DNA of 64,000 bases from Candidatus Omnitrophota bacterium (GTDB lineage Bacteria > Omnitrophota > Gorgyraeia > JABMRN01 > RBG-13-46-9), in NCBI GenBank assembly GCA_013203315.1, contig JABMQJ010000012.1:1-64000 (forward strand). Direction: 5' to 3'. A program made the translations under genes and the position numbers. Below the pieces are notes generated by a model that saw nothing but the letters and a program-made list of their open reading frames with translations, had not been told where the DNA came from and ran no database searches. Of this stretch, positions 1 to 11,990 are shown piece after piece. Position 1 is the stretch's first letter. Each line of letters begins with the position of its first letter.

Positions 1-100
1 AGAAAGGATCTCCTATAATCGGCACAAAAAGCCGCACGCCAATACCCTCTCATTCCGTTAGGTTTGGGGTGAAACAAAAAGAGTTGAAGATGAAGGGAGA

Positions 101-2149
101 ATGGGTTACAATGCAGATAATATGGAAAAGAGTAAGGAACATAAGTTCGCGGAAGTGGCAGTGAACCTGCCGCTTGATAGGGTTTTTCACTATAGCATAC
201 CGTCCGGGCTCAAGAAGGATGCCGAGATCGGGAAGAGGGTCTATGTGCCGTTTCGCGATAAGCAAAAAGTAGGGTACATAACAGGGTTTAGTGACACGTG
301 TGATGTGGCGAAGGCAAAACCGATAGATTCAATCATAGATGAGAAGCCTATACTCTCCAGTCATATGTTAAAGTTGACCAAGTGGATCTCAGAAACCTAC
401 TTGTGCTCGTGGGGGCAGGCGATAAGCGCCGCTATTCCGGGTGTACTCAAAAAAGGGAAGGTATCGGTGAAGCCGCGTTCTGCGAAGACGGCCAAGGTCA
501 CCTTACCGCAAGCGACCAAGCCGCTTAAGTTGACATCGGAGCAGGAACGCGTTATGGAAAGCGTGCTTCACAAGATAGAGCAAGAAGATTATAAGACGTT
601 TGTTCTGCACGGGATTACTTCCAGCGGAAAAACAGAGATTTACCTGCAAGCCATAGAGAGGGTGCTTAGTAAGGGTAAGACGAGTATCGTTTTGGTGCCG
701 GAAATAGCCCTGACGCCGCAAACCGTAGAGCGATTTGCGGGGCGCTTTGGGGACCGCGTAGCGGTTTTGCATTCCGGGCTTATCGGTTCGATGAGATATA
801 GTGAATGGAAAAGAATAAAAGACGGTACGGCGCGAGTCGTTGTAGGAGCGCGTTCGGCAATTTTTAGCCCGGTAAACAATCTGGGGCTTATTGTAATTGA
901 CGAAGAGCACGAGACCAGCTACAAACAAGACGATGCGCCGAGGTATCACGCAAGAGATGTCGCCCTGATGAGGGCGAAGCTTTCTAACTGTCCGGTAATT
1001 TTGGGAAGCGCAACGCCTTCGCTTGAGAGCTTCTATATGGCGAAGAAAGAGCATCTGGAGCTGGTAAGGCTTACAAAGAGAATCGACGATAGGAGTCTTC
1101 CGAAAGTAAAGATTGTAGACATGCGCATGGAGCTTGCCACTAGAAAAAGAATAGTGATGTTTTCCCAAGTATTATTAGACGCCATAGAGCGAACCCTGCG
1201 CGAAAAGAAACAAGCCATGATTTTTTTAAACCGCAGGGGTTTTTCCACGTATATCAGTTGCAAAAAATGCGGCCTTGTGCTGAAATGCAAAAAATGCGAT
1301 AGCGTCCTAGTTTATCACTACAAAGGCAAAAGTCTGGTGTGCCACTATTGTAATTTCAGGACCGCACCGCCCGAAATCTGTCCGCAGTGCAGGGCTTCGT
1401 ATATGAAATATTTCGGTGTCGGCACCGAAAAAGTAGAAAGCGAGCTGGCGCGTTTTTTCCCCGGGGCCCGGATAGCCCGCATGGATACCGACACCACTAA
1501 AAAGCGCGGCTCGCATGAAGAGATACTTGGGGAATTCAGAAAACACAATATTGATATTTTGGTAGGAACCCAGATGATCGCGAAGGGGCATGATTTTCCG
1601 CGCGTGACACTCGTAGGGGTTGTGAACGCTGACGTAACGCTAAACCTGCCGGACTTCAGGGCCAGCGAAAGAACCTTTAATCTTCTAGCGCAGGTCGCCG
1701 GCCGAGCGGGACGCGGTGAAGACGGGGGAGAGGTTATCATACAGACATACGCTCCGGGTCATTACTCGCTTCTCGCCGCTTCGAAACACGATTATGAAAA
1801 ATTTTACGCCGAAGAAATTAAAACACGAAAGGATCTTTTTTTTCCGCCTTTTTGCCATATAATAAAACTGACCGTACGTTCGCGTAGCGAACAGAGTGCC
1901 GTGGATGCCTCGCAAAACTTGAGGAGATTCCTGGAACAAAAATTTTCAGCGAAAGACAAAGAAGCTGTTAAAATTGTCGGCCCCGCACCTTCTCCCGTAT
2001 CAAAGATCCGGGGGTATTACCGGTGGAATGTTTTGCTGAAAGGAAAAAATAGGAGCATAGCTTGCGAGGCAGCAAAGAAAGCACTTATAAATTACAGAAA
2101 ACCGATCGGTGTATTCCTGGCAGTAGATGTAGACCCGATATCAATGTAA
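101..2149 (+). CDS. priA: Primosomal protein N' (replication restart helicase)
   Basis: GITSSGKT Walker A, DEEH, two CxxC-CxxC zinc clusters, GTQMIAKGHDFP, QVAGRAGR and C-terminal DVDP. Start could be the ATG at 122. Confidence 0.97.
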   Translation: MGYNADNMEKSKEHKFAEVAVNLPLDRVFHYSIPSGLKKDAEIGKRVYVPFRDKQKVGYITGFSDTCDVAKAKPIDSIIDEKPILSSHMLKLTKWISETYLCSWGQAISAAIPGVLKKGKVSVKPRSAKTAKVTLPQATKPLKLTSEQERVMESVLHKIEQEDYKTFVLHGITSSGKTEIYLQAIERVLSKGKTSIVLVPEIALTPQTVERFAGRFGDRVAVLHSGLIGSMRYSEWKRIKDGTARVVVGARSAIFSPVNNLGLIVIDEEHETSYKQDDAPRYHARDVALMRAKLSNCPVILGSATPSLESFYMAKKEHLELVRLTKRIDDRSLPKVKIVDMRMELATRKRIVMFSQVLLDAIERTLREKKQAMIFLNRRGFSTYISCKKCGLVLKCKKCDSVLVYHYKGKSLVCHYCNFRTAPPEICPQCRASYMKYFGVGTEKVESELARFFPGARIARMDTDTTKKRGSHEEILGEFRKHNIDILVGTQMIAKGHDFPRVTLVGVVNADVTLNLPDFRASERTFNLLAQVAGRAGRGEDGGEVIIQTYAPGHYSLLAASKHDYEKFYAEEIKTRKDLFFPPFCHIIKLTVRSRSEQSAVDASQNLRRFLEQKFSAKDKEAVKIVGPAPSPVSKIRGYYRWNVLLKGKNRSIACEAAKKALINYRKPIGVFLAVDVDPISM

Positions 2150-2153
2150 ACAG

Positions 2154-3218
2154 ATGAAAACTTTGCTAAAAAACATTACTTTACTGATTTTATCAATTTC
2201 GACGACTATTATCGTGGTATGGGGCATCGGAGAATTGGTGTTGCGGCGCTCCATAAAATACACAATAGCCGATACGGAGGAAATGTATGTAAAGAGTAAA
2301 AATAAAATTTTAAACAAAGAACTGAAACCAGATTACCGGGGTTTGTACTACGGGGATATGATAAAAATTAATTCTGCGGGTTTCAGGGATCATGAATACA
2401 GTCTTCGCAAAGAAAAAGGTACGTATAGAATTGTATTTTTAGGCGATTCAATGACTTTTGGGCCGGCAGTAGCGCTGGAAGATTTATGTCCGAAGGTTCT
2501 GGAACGCCTTTTAAATAATAAAGCTTCCTCCGACCGCTGGGATGTGCAGAAAATAGAAGTGCTTAATTTTTCAGTGCCGGGGTACAATACGATACAGGAA
2601 TATGAATACCTGAAGACCAAAATAATATTTTATGAGCCTGATTTGATTATTTTGAATTTTTTTATGAACGATGTTGTATCACTAAACGGCCAGGTTTCTT
2701 CTAATATTGAACCATTGCCCGGAGAAGCCCGGCTAGGTTTAAGCAAAAAAATCATAAATATATTTTATTACATTGGCAGCAAATCTTATTTCGCGCAGTA
2801 TCTTTTATCTCACGTTGCGGTACTGGCCAGGCGAACCGGTGTGCGCCAGGGGTATATATCGGATTTCAAGGGCGCATATGAGGACAAGAATGAAAATTGG
2901 CAAGAATGCCGCAAGTTTTTGCTAAAAACAAAAAAGTTCGCAAGAGATAATAACGCGTCTTTCATCGTGGCAATAATACCTTTTTTATCGGATCTGAATG
3001 ACCGCCATCCGCTAAAAAAAGAAATTGAAATTGTTAATAATTATTGCCTGGCGAACGATATCGATACCTTAAACCTTTTTCCGTATTTTTACGGGCACAA
3101 AGCGCAATCCCTTTGGATAAATCCCATAAACGGGCATCCTAATGCCAAAGCCTCGGCCATAATGGCCGAAGCCGTTAATAAGCGTATTGTTGAGAAAAAG
3201 TATATAAAGAAGAGGTAA
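2154..3218 (+). CDS. Membrane-anchored SGNH/GDSL hydrolase family protein
   Basis: N-terminal TM helix; block I FLGDSMTFG, block II NFSVPGYNT, block III FFMND, C-terminal NGHPN. Confidence 0.8.
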   Translation: MKTLLKNITLLILSISTTIIVVWGIGELVLRRSIKYTIADTEEMYVKSKNKILNKELKPDYRGLYYGDMIKINSAGFRDHEYSLRKEKGTYRIVFLGDSMTFGPAVALEDLCPKVLERLLNNKASSDRWDVQKIEVLNFSVPGYNTIQEYEYLKTKIIFYEPDLIILNFFMNDVVSLNGQVSSNIEPLPGEARLGLSKKIINIFYYIGSKSYFAQYLLSHVAVLARRTGVRQGYISDFKGAYEDKNENWQECRKFLLKTKKFARDNNASFIVAIIPFLSDLNDRHPLKKEIEIVNNYCLANDIDTLNLFPYFYGHKAQSLWINPINGHPNAKASAIMAEAVNKRIVEKKYIKKR

Positions 3219-3224
3219 ATATTC

Positions 3225-4151
3225 ATGAAAATTGTTTTTTTTGGTTCTTCGGATTTTGCAGTTTCTTCACTTCGGATGCTTTTGGATTCGAAACATAAAG
3301 TCCTTGCTGTTGTCACTCAACCTGACCGGAAGCGGGGCCGGAACCTTAAGGTGTCCGCCACACCCGTTAATGACCTGGCCTCCTCGAAAAATATAAGCGT
3401 TTACCAACCCGAAAATGTCGGCGAAAAAGATTTTTTAAAACGCCTAAAATCCTTTTCTGCGGATTTATTCGTAGTTGTTGCCTTCGGGCAAATTCTTCCG
3501 GGAGAAGTCCTCGGCATACCGAAACGCTATTCCTTGAATCTTCACGCCTCTCTTTTGCCGAAGTACAGGGGGGCCGCGCCCATTAACCGCGCTATCATAA
3601 ACGGTGAAACAAAAACAGGGCTTACGATAATAAGAATGAATGAGCGTATGGACGCGGGCGACATAGTGTTACAGCGAAAAGTCGAAATCGAAAGGGAAGA
3701 TACCTCAGAATCCCTAAGGGACAAGCTCTCGGAATTAGGCGCAATTCTGCTTTTGGATGCGGTAAGATTCATAGAGGAAGACAGGATCGACTTTAAAAAA
3801 CAGGACGAAAAGAAAGTAACCTTAGCCCCTAAGATGAAAAAAGAAGACGGTGCTATCGACTGGAATACGGCTGCTGTAGAAATTCAAAATAGAATTAGAG
3901 GTGTAATCCCGTGGCCGGGAGCTTACACATATCTGGGCGACAAAAGAATTAATATTTGGAAAGCGACAGCGCAGGACGGAACCGCCAACCCTGCCGAAAT
4001 TGTGGAAGCCGAGAAAGAGTTAATCGTCGGCACAAAAAAGGGCTTCTTAAAGGTTGAGGAAATCCAGGCTGAAGGTAAAAGGCGCATGGGTACCGAGGAA
4101 TTTTTGCGCGGATACCAGGGGCTAAATAGAGGGGATACGTTCGGGCATTAG
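3225..4151 (+). CDS. fmt: Methionyl-tRNA formyltransferase
   Basis: VVTQPDR, NLHASLLPKYRGAAPI, MDAGD and PWPGA motifs. Confidence 0.97.
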   Translation: MKIVFFGSSDFAVSSLRMLLDSKHKVLAVVTQPDRKRGRNLKVSATPVNDLASSKNISVYQPENVGEKDFLKRLKSFSADLFVVVAFGQILPGEVLGIPKRYSLNLHASLLPKYRGAAPINRAIINGETKTGLTIIRMNERMDAGDIVLQRKVEIEREDTSESLRDKLSELGAILLLDAVRFIEEDRIDFKKQDEKKVTLAPKMKKEDGAIDWNTAAVEIQNRIRGVIPWPGAYTYLGDKRINIWKATAQDGTANPAEIVEAEKELIVGTKKGFLKVEEIQAEGKRRMGTEEFLRGYQGLNRGDTFGH

Positions 4152-4153
4152 GA

Positions 4154-5728
4154 TTATTTGCGTTTAAAAATAACCAGGGTTGGCCCTCTCTTAACTGTCC
4201 TGAATTTGTGATATTCTAAATCATCGGGCCTATTTTCCCAGGGGATATCGATAGCGTCTAACTTTATAGCCTCATATCGTCGGGCAATATTTTCATAATA
4301 ACGCGAGTTATAAAATGCCGGCGGCGTCCAATAGCTTCTCAGTATAATCCACTCAGGATATGACTCTTCCGAAAAGTCTTTACTTCCCACAAGATCCGTA
4401 TAATACATAATCCCTATGACGTCGTAAGGTGTTTTAAAAGTGTCACCTTTTTTGGCATTTTTATTTAAGTAAGTAACTATGGCCGCAATCGGGCCTTCGT
4501 ATTGATGAGTAACCTCATAAATATAATTTGTAAAGTTAAGCTTTATCTTAGATTTTTTATCAATTTTTGCAATATCATCTTTATCCACACCAAAAACGTT
4601 TGTGAGGACACCTTTTAAGGGTTTGAAGGTGATGTAAAAACCGGATTCGTTCGGAATATTCGTAAAGATAACAAGCGCTAACAAAAGAATCCCAAAGGAT
4701 CTATTCCATTTCAGGAATTTCGAAATAATATATGCGTGCACGATTAATATAAGCGGGATGAGATTAACGATATATCTTAGAAAGCGATGTTTTTCGAATG
4801 CCAAAACAGCCAGTGTTACTAAAAAGATGGATCCGAAAAGAGAGAGCATGGCTCCCGCATCTTTTTCTTTTTTAAAAAAGGTGGCGACCTCTTTATGTTT
4901 AAAAACAAAAAGGCAAAAAAGGACCAGAAGGTAAAGCCTGTACGGCAGTACGTATTTATTTATCGCGCGTATATAGTAACTTATGTTCGGATAAATTTGA
5001 CCTGCGGCTGTCGGCGCCAGGTACGCGAAGCCTTTGAAATACCATGCTACCGCGACAAAAGCAAGAACAAGGAAAATCCCGGAACCGGCCATGTATTTTT
5101 TTATTTCTTTTTTTCTAGAAAATACGATGTAATGAAGAAGGATTCCTAAAAAAACCATTATGAAAATGCCGTGGTTGGCGAGCAGGAAGAAAATACCGGA
5201 ACACAAAAAAAGCGCTACACTGCGTTTTTTGGATTCCAGAAGGTCGAGATATGACCATGTTAAACAGAGCGTAGCGAAGGTGACAAGGCTATAATAGGCG
5301 CATTGGCGCATCTGGAGAAGGAACGGCACGGAAGTCGCAAGGAGAACAAGCGACAGGAGAGGGACTGCGGAACTTTTTTTAAAAAGCCTTTTTGCGAATA
5401 AATAAGTTAGTATCAAAGACAAGTAACCGAAACATGCGAAAAATATCCTTACGGCAAAATTTGTCTTTCCGAACGCCAAACGGCCCAGCGCCGCTATGTA
5501 GATTTCAAGCCAGGGCCTGCTGATGTAGGCCTCGCCTGCCCTGTATCCGTGGTGCGACCACACGGGAACGCCATTATAGATACCTTTTGGGTATCCGAAT
5601 TTGAGTACATTTTCACCAAGTGCCGCAATGGAGCCCTCGTCAAACCACAAGAATTCACCACCGAGATTATAAAAAAGGATAATTGCGGCAATAATAAAAA
5701 TCAAAATTACTAACCGTCGATCAGGCAT
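4154..5728 (-). CDS. GT-C superfamily (ArnT/PMT-like) integral membrane glycosyltransferase
   Basis: About 10-12 TM segments, first-loop LWFDE motif, FAVRI and late RYI motifs, soluble C-terminal domain. Confidence 0.75.
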   Translation of the reverse strand: MPDRRLVILIFIIAAIILFYNLGGEFLWFDEGSIAALGENVLKFGYPKGIYNGVPVWSHHGYRAGEAYISRPWLEIYIAALGRLAFGKTNFAVRIFFACFGYLSLILTYLFAKRLFKKSSAVPLLSLVLLATSVPFLLQMRQCAYYSLVTFATLCLTWSYLDLLESKKRSVALFLCSGIFFLLANHGIFIMVFLGILLHYIVFSRKKEIKKYMAGSGIFLVLAFVAVAWYFKGFAYLAPTAAGQIYPNISYYIRAINKYVLPYRLYLLVLFCLFVFKHKEVATFFKKEKDAGAMLSLFGSIFLVTLAVLAFEKHRFLRYIVNLIPLILIVHAYIISKFLKWNRSFGILLLALVIFTNIPNESGFYITFKPLKGVLTNVFGVDKDDIAKIDKKSKIKLNFTNYIYEVTHQYEGPIAAIVTYLNKNAKKGDTFKTPYDVIGIMYYTDLVGSKDFSEESYPEWIILRSYWTPPAFYNSRYYENIARRYEAIKLDAIDIPWENRPDDLEYHKFRTVKRGPTLVIFKRK

Positions 5729-5774
5729 GATTTAACATTTTGCCAAATAAGAGCGAAAAATGCAAGAAGAAAAC

Positions 5775-5802
5775 TTGATTAATATATGTATTATGATATA
5801 AT
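5775..5802 (+). promoter_or_regulatory. Sigma70-type promoter for the galT-galT-gap unit
   Basis: TTGATT-16 bp-TATAAT with extended -10 TG. Confidence 0.55.
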
Positions 5803-5822
5803 CCCTTAAATGAGAAAAACCT

Positions 5823-6852
5823 ATGCCTGAGTTAAGACGCGACCCTATTATAGGAAGATGGGTTATCATCGCAACCGAAAGGGCGAAGAGGCCTACTGAT
5901 TTTTCTTTCACCAAGAAAGAAGACGCAAGCCCTCCCTCCGAAAAGTGCCCATTTTGCGAAGGCAACGAATCCCTCACTCCTCCGGAAATATACGCATTAA
6001 GAAAAAAGGGCACCAAACCCAATAAGCCGGGATGGGAAATCCGCGTTGTCCCTTCGATTTCACCTTTTTTAAAAACAGAGGGCGATTTGGACAGGCACGG
6101 AAAAGGCATGTACGATCTTATGAACGGCATCGGCGCCCACGAAGTAATAATCGCAACCCCGCACCATGATTCAAAGCCTTTTATAAAAGGCCTATCCCAG
6201 ATTGAAAAGCTTAGCGGAGTCATAATAAGAAGAATGCAGGAATTGAAAAAAGACCAACGCCTGAAATACGTCCTAATATTTAAAAATCAGGGTAAAATAG
6301 CCGGCGGGAGCAAGCTCGGGCATCAACACCTCCAACTTATCGCAACTCCGGTAACGCCGAAGCGCGTTAAAGAAGAACTGGTCGGCTCCAAACGCTACTT
6401 TGACTACAAAGACAGATGCGTCTTTTGTGACATGCTAAGACAGGAGCTTGATGATCAAAAAAGAATTGTTCTTGATTTAGGCGGGTTTGTGGCGGTCAAT
6501 CCCTATTGTTCCAGATTTCCTTTTGAGACATGGATTTTGCCCAAAAGACATTCATGCGATTTCGATAGCATGACAAAGAAGGAAATAAAAGGGTATTCCG
6601 AGATTTTCCAGCTGACACTAAAAAAACTTGTAAAAACATTAGGGGATTTTCCGTACAATATAGTTTTGCATACAGCGCCCCTGCGGAGAAGAAAGAAAAA
6701 AGGTTACTGGGAAACGATAGAGGCAGACTATCACTGGCACATCGAAATCATGCCGCGCCTGACGCAGGTGGCCGGTTTTGAATGGGGTAGCGGTTTTTAT
6801 ATTAATCCCGTACCGCCCGAGGATGCCTGTAAATATTTAAAGGAAGCAAATA

Positions 6853-6866
<14 letters not shown>
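5823..6866 (+). CDS. galT: GalT-like nucleotidyltransferase (HIT/GalT family), divergent copy 1
   Basis: ELRRDP, CPFC, HEVII, H-x-H-x-Q active site as HQHLQ, CVFCD, HWHIEI, AGFEWGSG. Confidence 0.85.
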
Positions 6867-8873
<2,007 letters not shown>

Positions 8874-8878
8874 ACTGA

Positions 8879-10042
8879 ATGAAAAATAGGCCAGTCAGGT
8901 CCGCTAAAAGAAAAGCCGTCAAGAAATATACGCCAAGAAAAGACGAGCTTAAAAATTTAGCGGATTTCACTTCCAAAAACCCGAGGCCGTCTTTGTGCAT
9001 AGGGAAAGGCGGGACTCTTCTTTACGCGAATGCCGCCAGTCTTCCTATTATTTCCGATTGGGGTAAAAAAATCGGCGATATGGTTTCTCGTGAATGGGGC
9101 GAGCTCATAAAAGAAGTTCTCGTCTCCGGCATTAGAGAAAATGTTGAGGTAGAGTGCAGTGGCCGCACTTATTCCTTCGTGATGGTGCCTGTGAAAAAAG
9201 CTTCTTACGTCAACATGTACGGGAGCGATGTCACGGAACGGAAAAGAGCGATGGAGAGGCTAACGGCCGCGTATGCCCAGCTTCAGGAAGCCCAGTCCCA
9301 GCTTGTCCGAGCGGAGAAAATGAACGTTATCGGTACGCTTGCCAGCGGTATCGCGCATGAGGTAAAAAATCCACTGGCTACTATATCCCAGGGCCTCGAG
9401 TACCTTTCAAAAAATATTAATTCAAAAGATGAAAACGTGAATTCCATATTAAATTACATGGAAGACGCAGTCAAGAAGGCCGATGGCACGATAAGAGGGC
9501 TTTTGGATTTTAGTAGGGCCACGGCATTGGATATAAAATCGGAAAATTTAAATTCCGTGATTGAAGAGTCCCTGTCTCTTATAAAAATGCAGTCCGAAAA
9601 GAGTAAAACTACCGTTGTACAGGACCTTGACAAAAACATTCCGCAGATAGAAATAGACAAAAGTCGAATGCAGCAGGTGTTCGTGAACCTTTTTCTGAAT
9701 TCCATTCAGGCAATGCCTGACGGAGGAGAGCTAAAGGTAAAGACCTACTTGAGGAAGTTGGTTAAGCGTAGCGTGATAGGCGTTGCGTCCCCGGGCGTGG
9801 AAAGCGCTATTGAAATCGAAGAAAAATCCATAATCGCAGAAATCGTCGATACGGGTAAAGGAATTCCCAAAGGCATCGCCGATAAAATCTTTGAACCCTT
9901 TTTTACTACAAGGCAGGGTAAGGGAGGCACAGGCCTAGGGCTTTCAATCGTAAGGAATATATTAGAGATGCATGAAGCGGGCATTGAAATAAAAAATAAA
10001 GAAGGCGGCGGGGTAAGAACAACTGTAATTTTCAAATTATAA
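8879..10042 (+). CDS. Cytoplasmic PAS-domain sensor histidine kinase (NtrB-like)
   Basis: PAS-like N-terminus, H-box GIAHEVKNP, N-box NLFLNS, DTGKG, FEPFFTT, GTGLGL. Confidence 0.92.
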   Translation: MKNRPVRSAKRKAVKKYTPRKDELKNLADFTSKNPRPSLCIGKGGTLLYANAASLPIISDWGKKIGDMVSREWGELIKEVLVSGIRENVEVECSGRTYSFVMVPVKKASYVNMYGSDVTERKRAMERLTAAYAQLQEAQSQLVRAEKMNVIGTLASGIAHEVKNPLATISQGLEYLSKNINSKDENVNSILNYMEDAVKKADGTIRGLLDFSRATALDIKSENLNSVIEESLSLIKMQSEKSKTTVVQDLDKNIPQIEIDKSRMQQVFVNLFLNSIQAMPDGGELKVKTYLRKLVKRSVIGVASPGVESAIEIEEKSIIAEIVDTGKGIPKGIADKIFEPFFTTRQGKGGTGLGLSIVRNILEMHEAGIEIKNKEGGGVRTTVIFKL

Positions 10043-10057
10043 AAGAGGAGGCGGATT

Positions 10058-10441
10058 ATGGCAAAGACAAAAATACTTATAGTTGACGATGAGGAAAATT
10101 TTGCACATATAGTAAAAATAAATCTTGAGCAGACGGGTAGCTTCGAGGTCGCGGTAGTGCCAGAGGCATCCGAGGCATGCAAGGCTGCCACGGTTCTTAA
10201 GCCGGACCTGATACTCTTGGATATAGTAATGCCTGACAAGGACGGCTTCGAAGTTCTAAAAGCGCTCAAGTCGAACGATAAAACCATGGCCATACCCGTA
10301 ATAATGCTGACAGCGGTAGGGGACGATAGCGCGAAGATTAAAGCAGCCGAGCAATTTAGCGAAGGTTACATCATAAAGCCGGTTAGCACCGAGGTTCTCC
10401 GGACAAAAATAGAAAGAGTGCTGGAGAGGCGCCCGAGTTAA
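10058..10441 (+). CDS. Single-domain response regulator
   Basis: IVDDE, LLDIVMP, MLTA, KP; RBS GAGGAGG. Confidence 0.92.
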   Translation: MAKTKILIVDDEENFAHIVKINLEQTGSFEVAVVPEASEACKAATVLKPDLILLDIVMPDKDGFEVLKALKSNDKTMAIPVIMLTAVGDDSAKIKAAEQFSEGYIIKPVSTEVLRTKIERVLERRPS

Positions 10442-10468
10442 GGCCAAGATAAAACCTATGCATATTTT

Positions 10469-11872
10469 ATGAATATTCTTTTTGCTTCATCTGAGGTGGC
10501 GCCGTTTGCTAAGACCGGGGGATTGGCTGACGTATCCGCAAGCCTGCCGGCGGCCCTTGGCGAAATCGGGTGCGAAACAAAGGTCATCCTTCCTTTTTAT
10601 AAAAGTGTCAAAAATATGGGCCTCGCCGGCCTCGTACCTTTTGCCATAAATGAATTCAATTTTTTTAAATATACAGAGCTCGGTATTGAGTACATTTTTG
10701 TCATTAATGACCGGTACTATGACAGGGAAAATCTATACGGGGAACCGCACGGCGATTACCCGGACAACGAGGCGCGTTTCTCATATTTTAGCAAAGCCAT
10801 TGTAGCATTCGCCGCGCACACAGACCGAAAAACGGATATTATCCACTGTAACGATTGGCAGACGGGCCTGGTTCCCGTTTATTTAAAACTGCAAAAAAAA
10901 GAAATAAAAACGCTTTTTACCATACACAATATCGGTTATCAGGGTTTATTTAAAAAGGACCTGTTGGAAAGCCTTGGAATACCCAGGCAATTCTACAACA
11001 TAAACGGCATCGAATACTACGGGAAGATATCCTTTTTAAAAGCAGGAATCGTGTATTCCTCGGCTATAAGTACCGTCAGCAAGGGTTACGCAAGAGAAAT
11101 ACTTACCCCGGCATTTGGTTGCGGTATGGACGGAATCCTCGGCACGCGCTCCTCCGAGCTTTACGGCATAGTTAACGGCGTTGACTATAACCTCTGGGAC
11201 CCCGCGCGGGATAAATTCATAAAAGAGAACTATGGCCCGGAAAATGTTGATAAAAAAATAGAATGCAAGAAAGATCTGATAAAAGCAGTAGGGTTACCCG
11301 CCGAGACTATAGGCAGGCCGCTTATCGGCGTGATATCGAGGCTTGCGCACCAGAAGGGCATAGACCTTTTGGCCGGTGCAGCAAAAGAAATAATTGACCT
11401 GGGCGCAAGTATCATCATCCTCGGCACCGGGGACAAGAAGTACAACGCCATATGCTCGGATATTGCAAAGAAACACCCGAAATATATATCGAGCCAGATA
11501 ACTTTTAATAATGCCCTTGCCCACAAAGTCGAAGCAGGTAGCGATATGTTTGCGATGCCGTCACGATACGAGCCGTGCGGATTAAACCAGCTTTATAGCA
11601 TGAGATACGGCACGCTGCCCGTGGCAAGGGCAACGGGCGGATTAGATGATACAATAATTGATTTATACGAGGATAAAGACAGCGGAAACGGAATAAAGTT
11701 TCCGGATGCTACAAAAGACGGCCTTGTAAATGCCCTCCGCCGCGCCGTAGAACTTTATAAAGATAAAGCCTTGTGGCAGAGGACGCAGAAGAGAATAATG
11801 AATCTGGATTTTTCCTGGAAAACATCCGCCTTGCACTACAAAGAACTCTACCAAAGCCTGCTTAATACATGA
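10469..11872 (+). CDS. glgA: Glycogen synthase (GT5)
   Basis: KTGGLADV, HCNDWQT, TIHNIGYQG, PSRYEPCGLNQ, TGGLDDT. Confidence 0.96.
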   Translation: MNILFASSEVAPFAKTGGLADVSASLPAALGEIGCETKVILPFYKSVKNMGLAGLVPFAINEFNFFKYTELGIEYIFVINDRYYDRENLYGEPHGDYPDNEARFSYFSKAIVAFAAHTDRKTDIIHCNDWQTGLVPVYLKLQKKEIKTLFTIHNIGYQGLFKKDLLESLGIPRQFYNINGIEYYGKISFLKAGIVYSSAISTVSKGYAREILTPAFGCGMDGILGTRSSELYGIVNGVDYNLWDPARDKFIKENYGPENVDKKIECKKDLIKAVGLPAETIGRPLIGVISRLAHQKGIDLLAGAAKEIIDLGASIIILGTGDKKYNAICSDIAKKHPKYISSQITFNNALAHKVEAGSDMFAMPSRYEPCGLNQLYSMRYGTLPVARATGGLDDTIIDLYEDKDSGNGIKFPDATKDGLVNALRRAVELYKDKALWQRTQKRIMNLDFSWKTSALHYKELYQSLLNT

Positions 11873-11884
11873 GGGCTTCCGGCA

Positions 11885-11913
11885 TTGACATTATCAAAAA
11901 AGCCAAGTATACT
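11885..11913 (+). promoter_or_regulatory. Sigma70-type promoter for pgk-tpiA-secG
   Basis: TTGACA-17 bp-TATACT. Confidence 0.75.
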
Positions 11914-11960
11914 ATTATTTTTGTACAAGTATAGTAGTATATTCTTATAGAGATATAGAG

Positions 11961-11979
11961 CCTGCCTGTCGGTAGGCAG
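11961..11979. repeat. Short REP-like palindrome in the pgk leader
   Basis: CCTGCCTGTCGGTAGGCAG with CTGCCT/AGGCAG arms; single copy in the window. Confidence 0.4.
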
Positions 11980-11990
11980 AGAGGTTTTTA

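Noticed and set aside
1-100. Possible structured RNA or riboswitch upstream of priA
   Set aside because: Only a weak CGGC/GCCG stem is visible, no known aptamer motif is recognisable, and the context is cut by the window edge.
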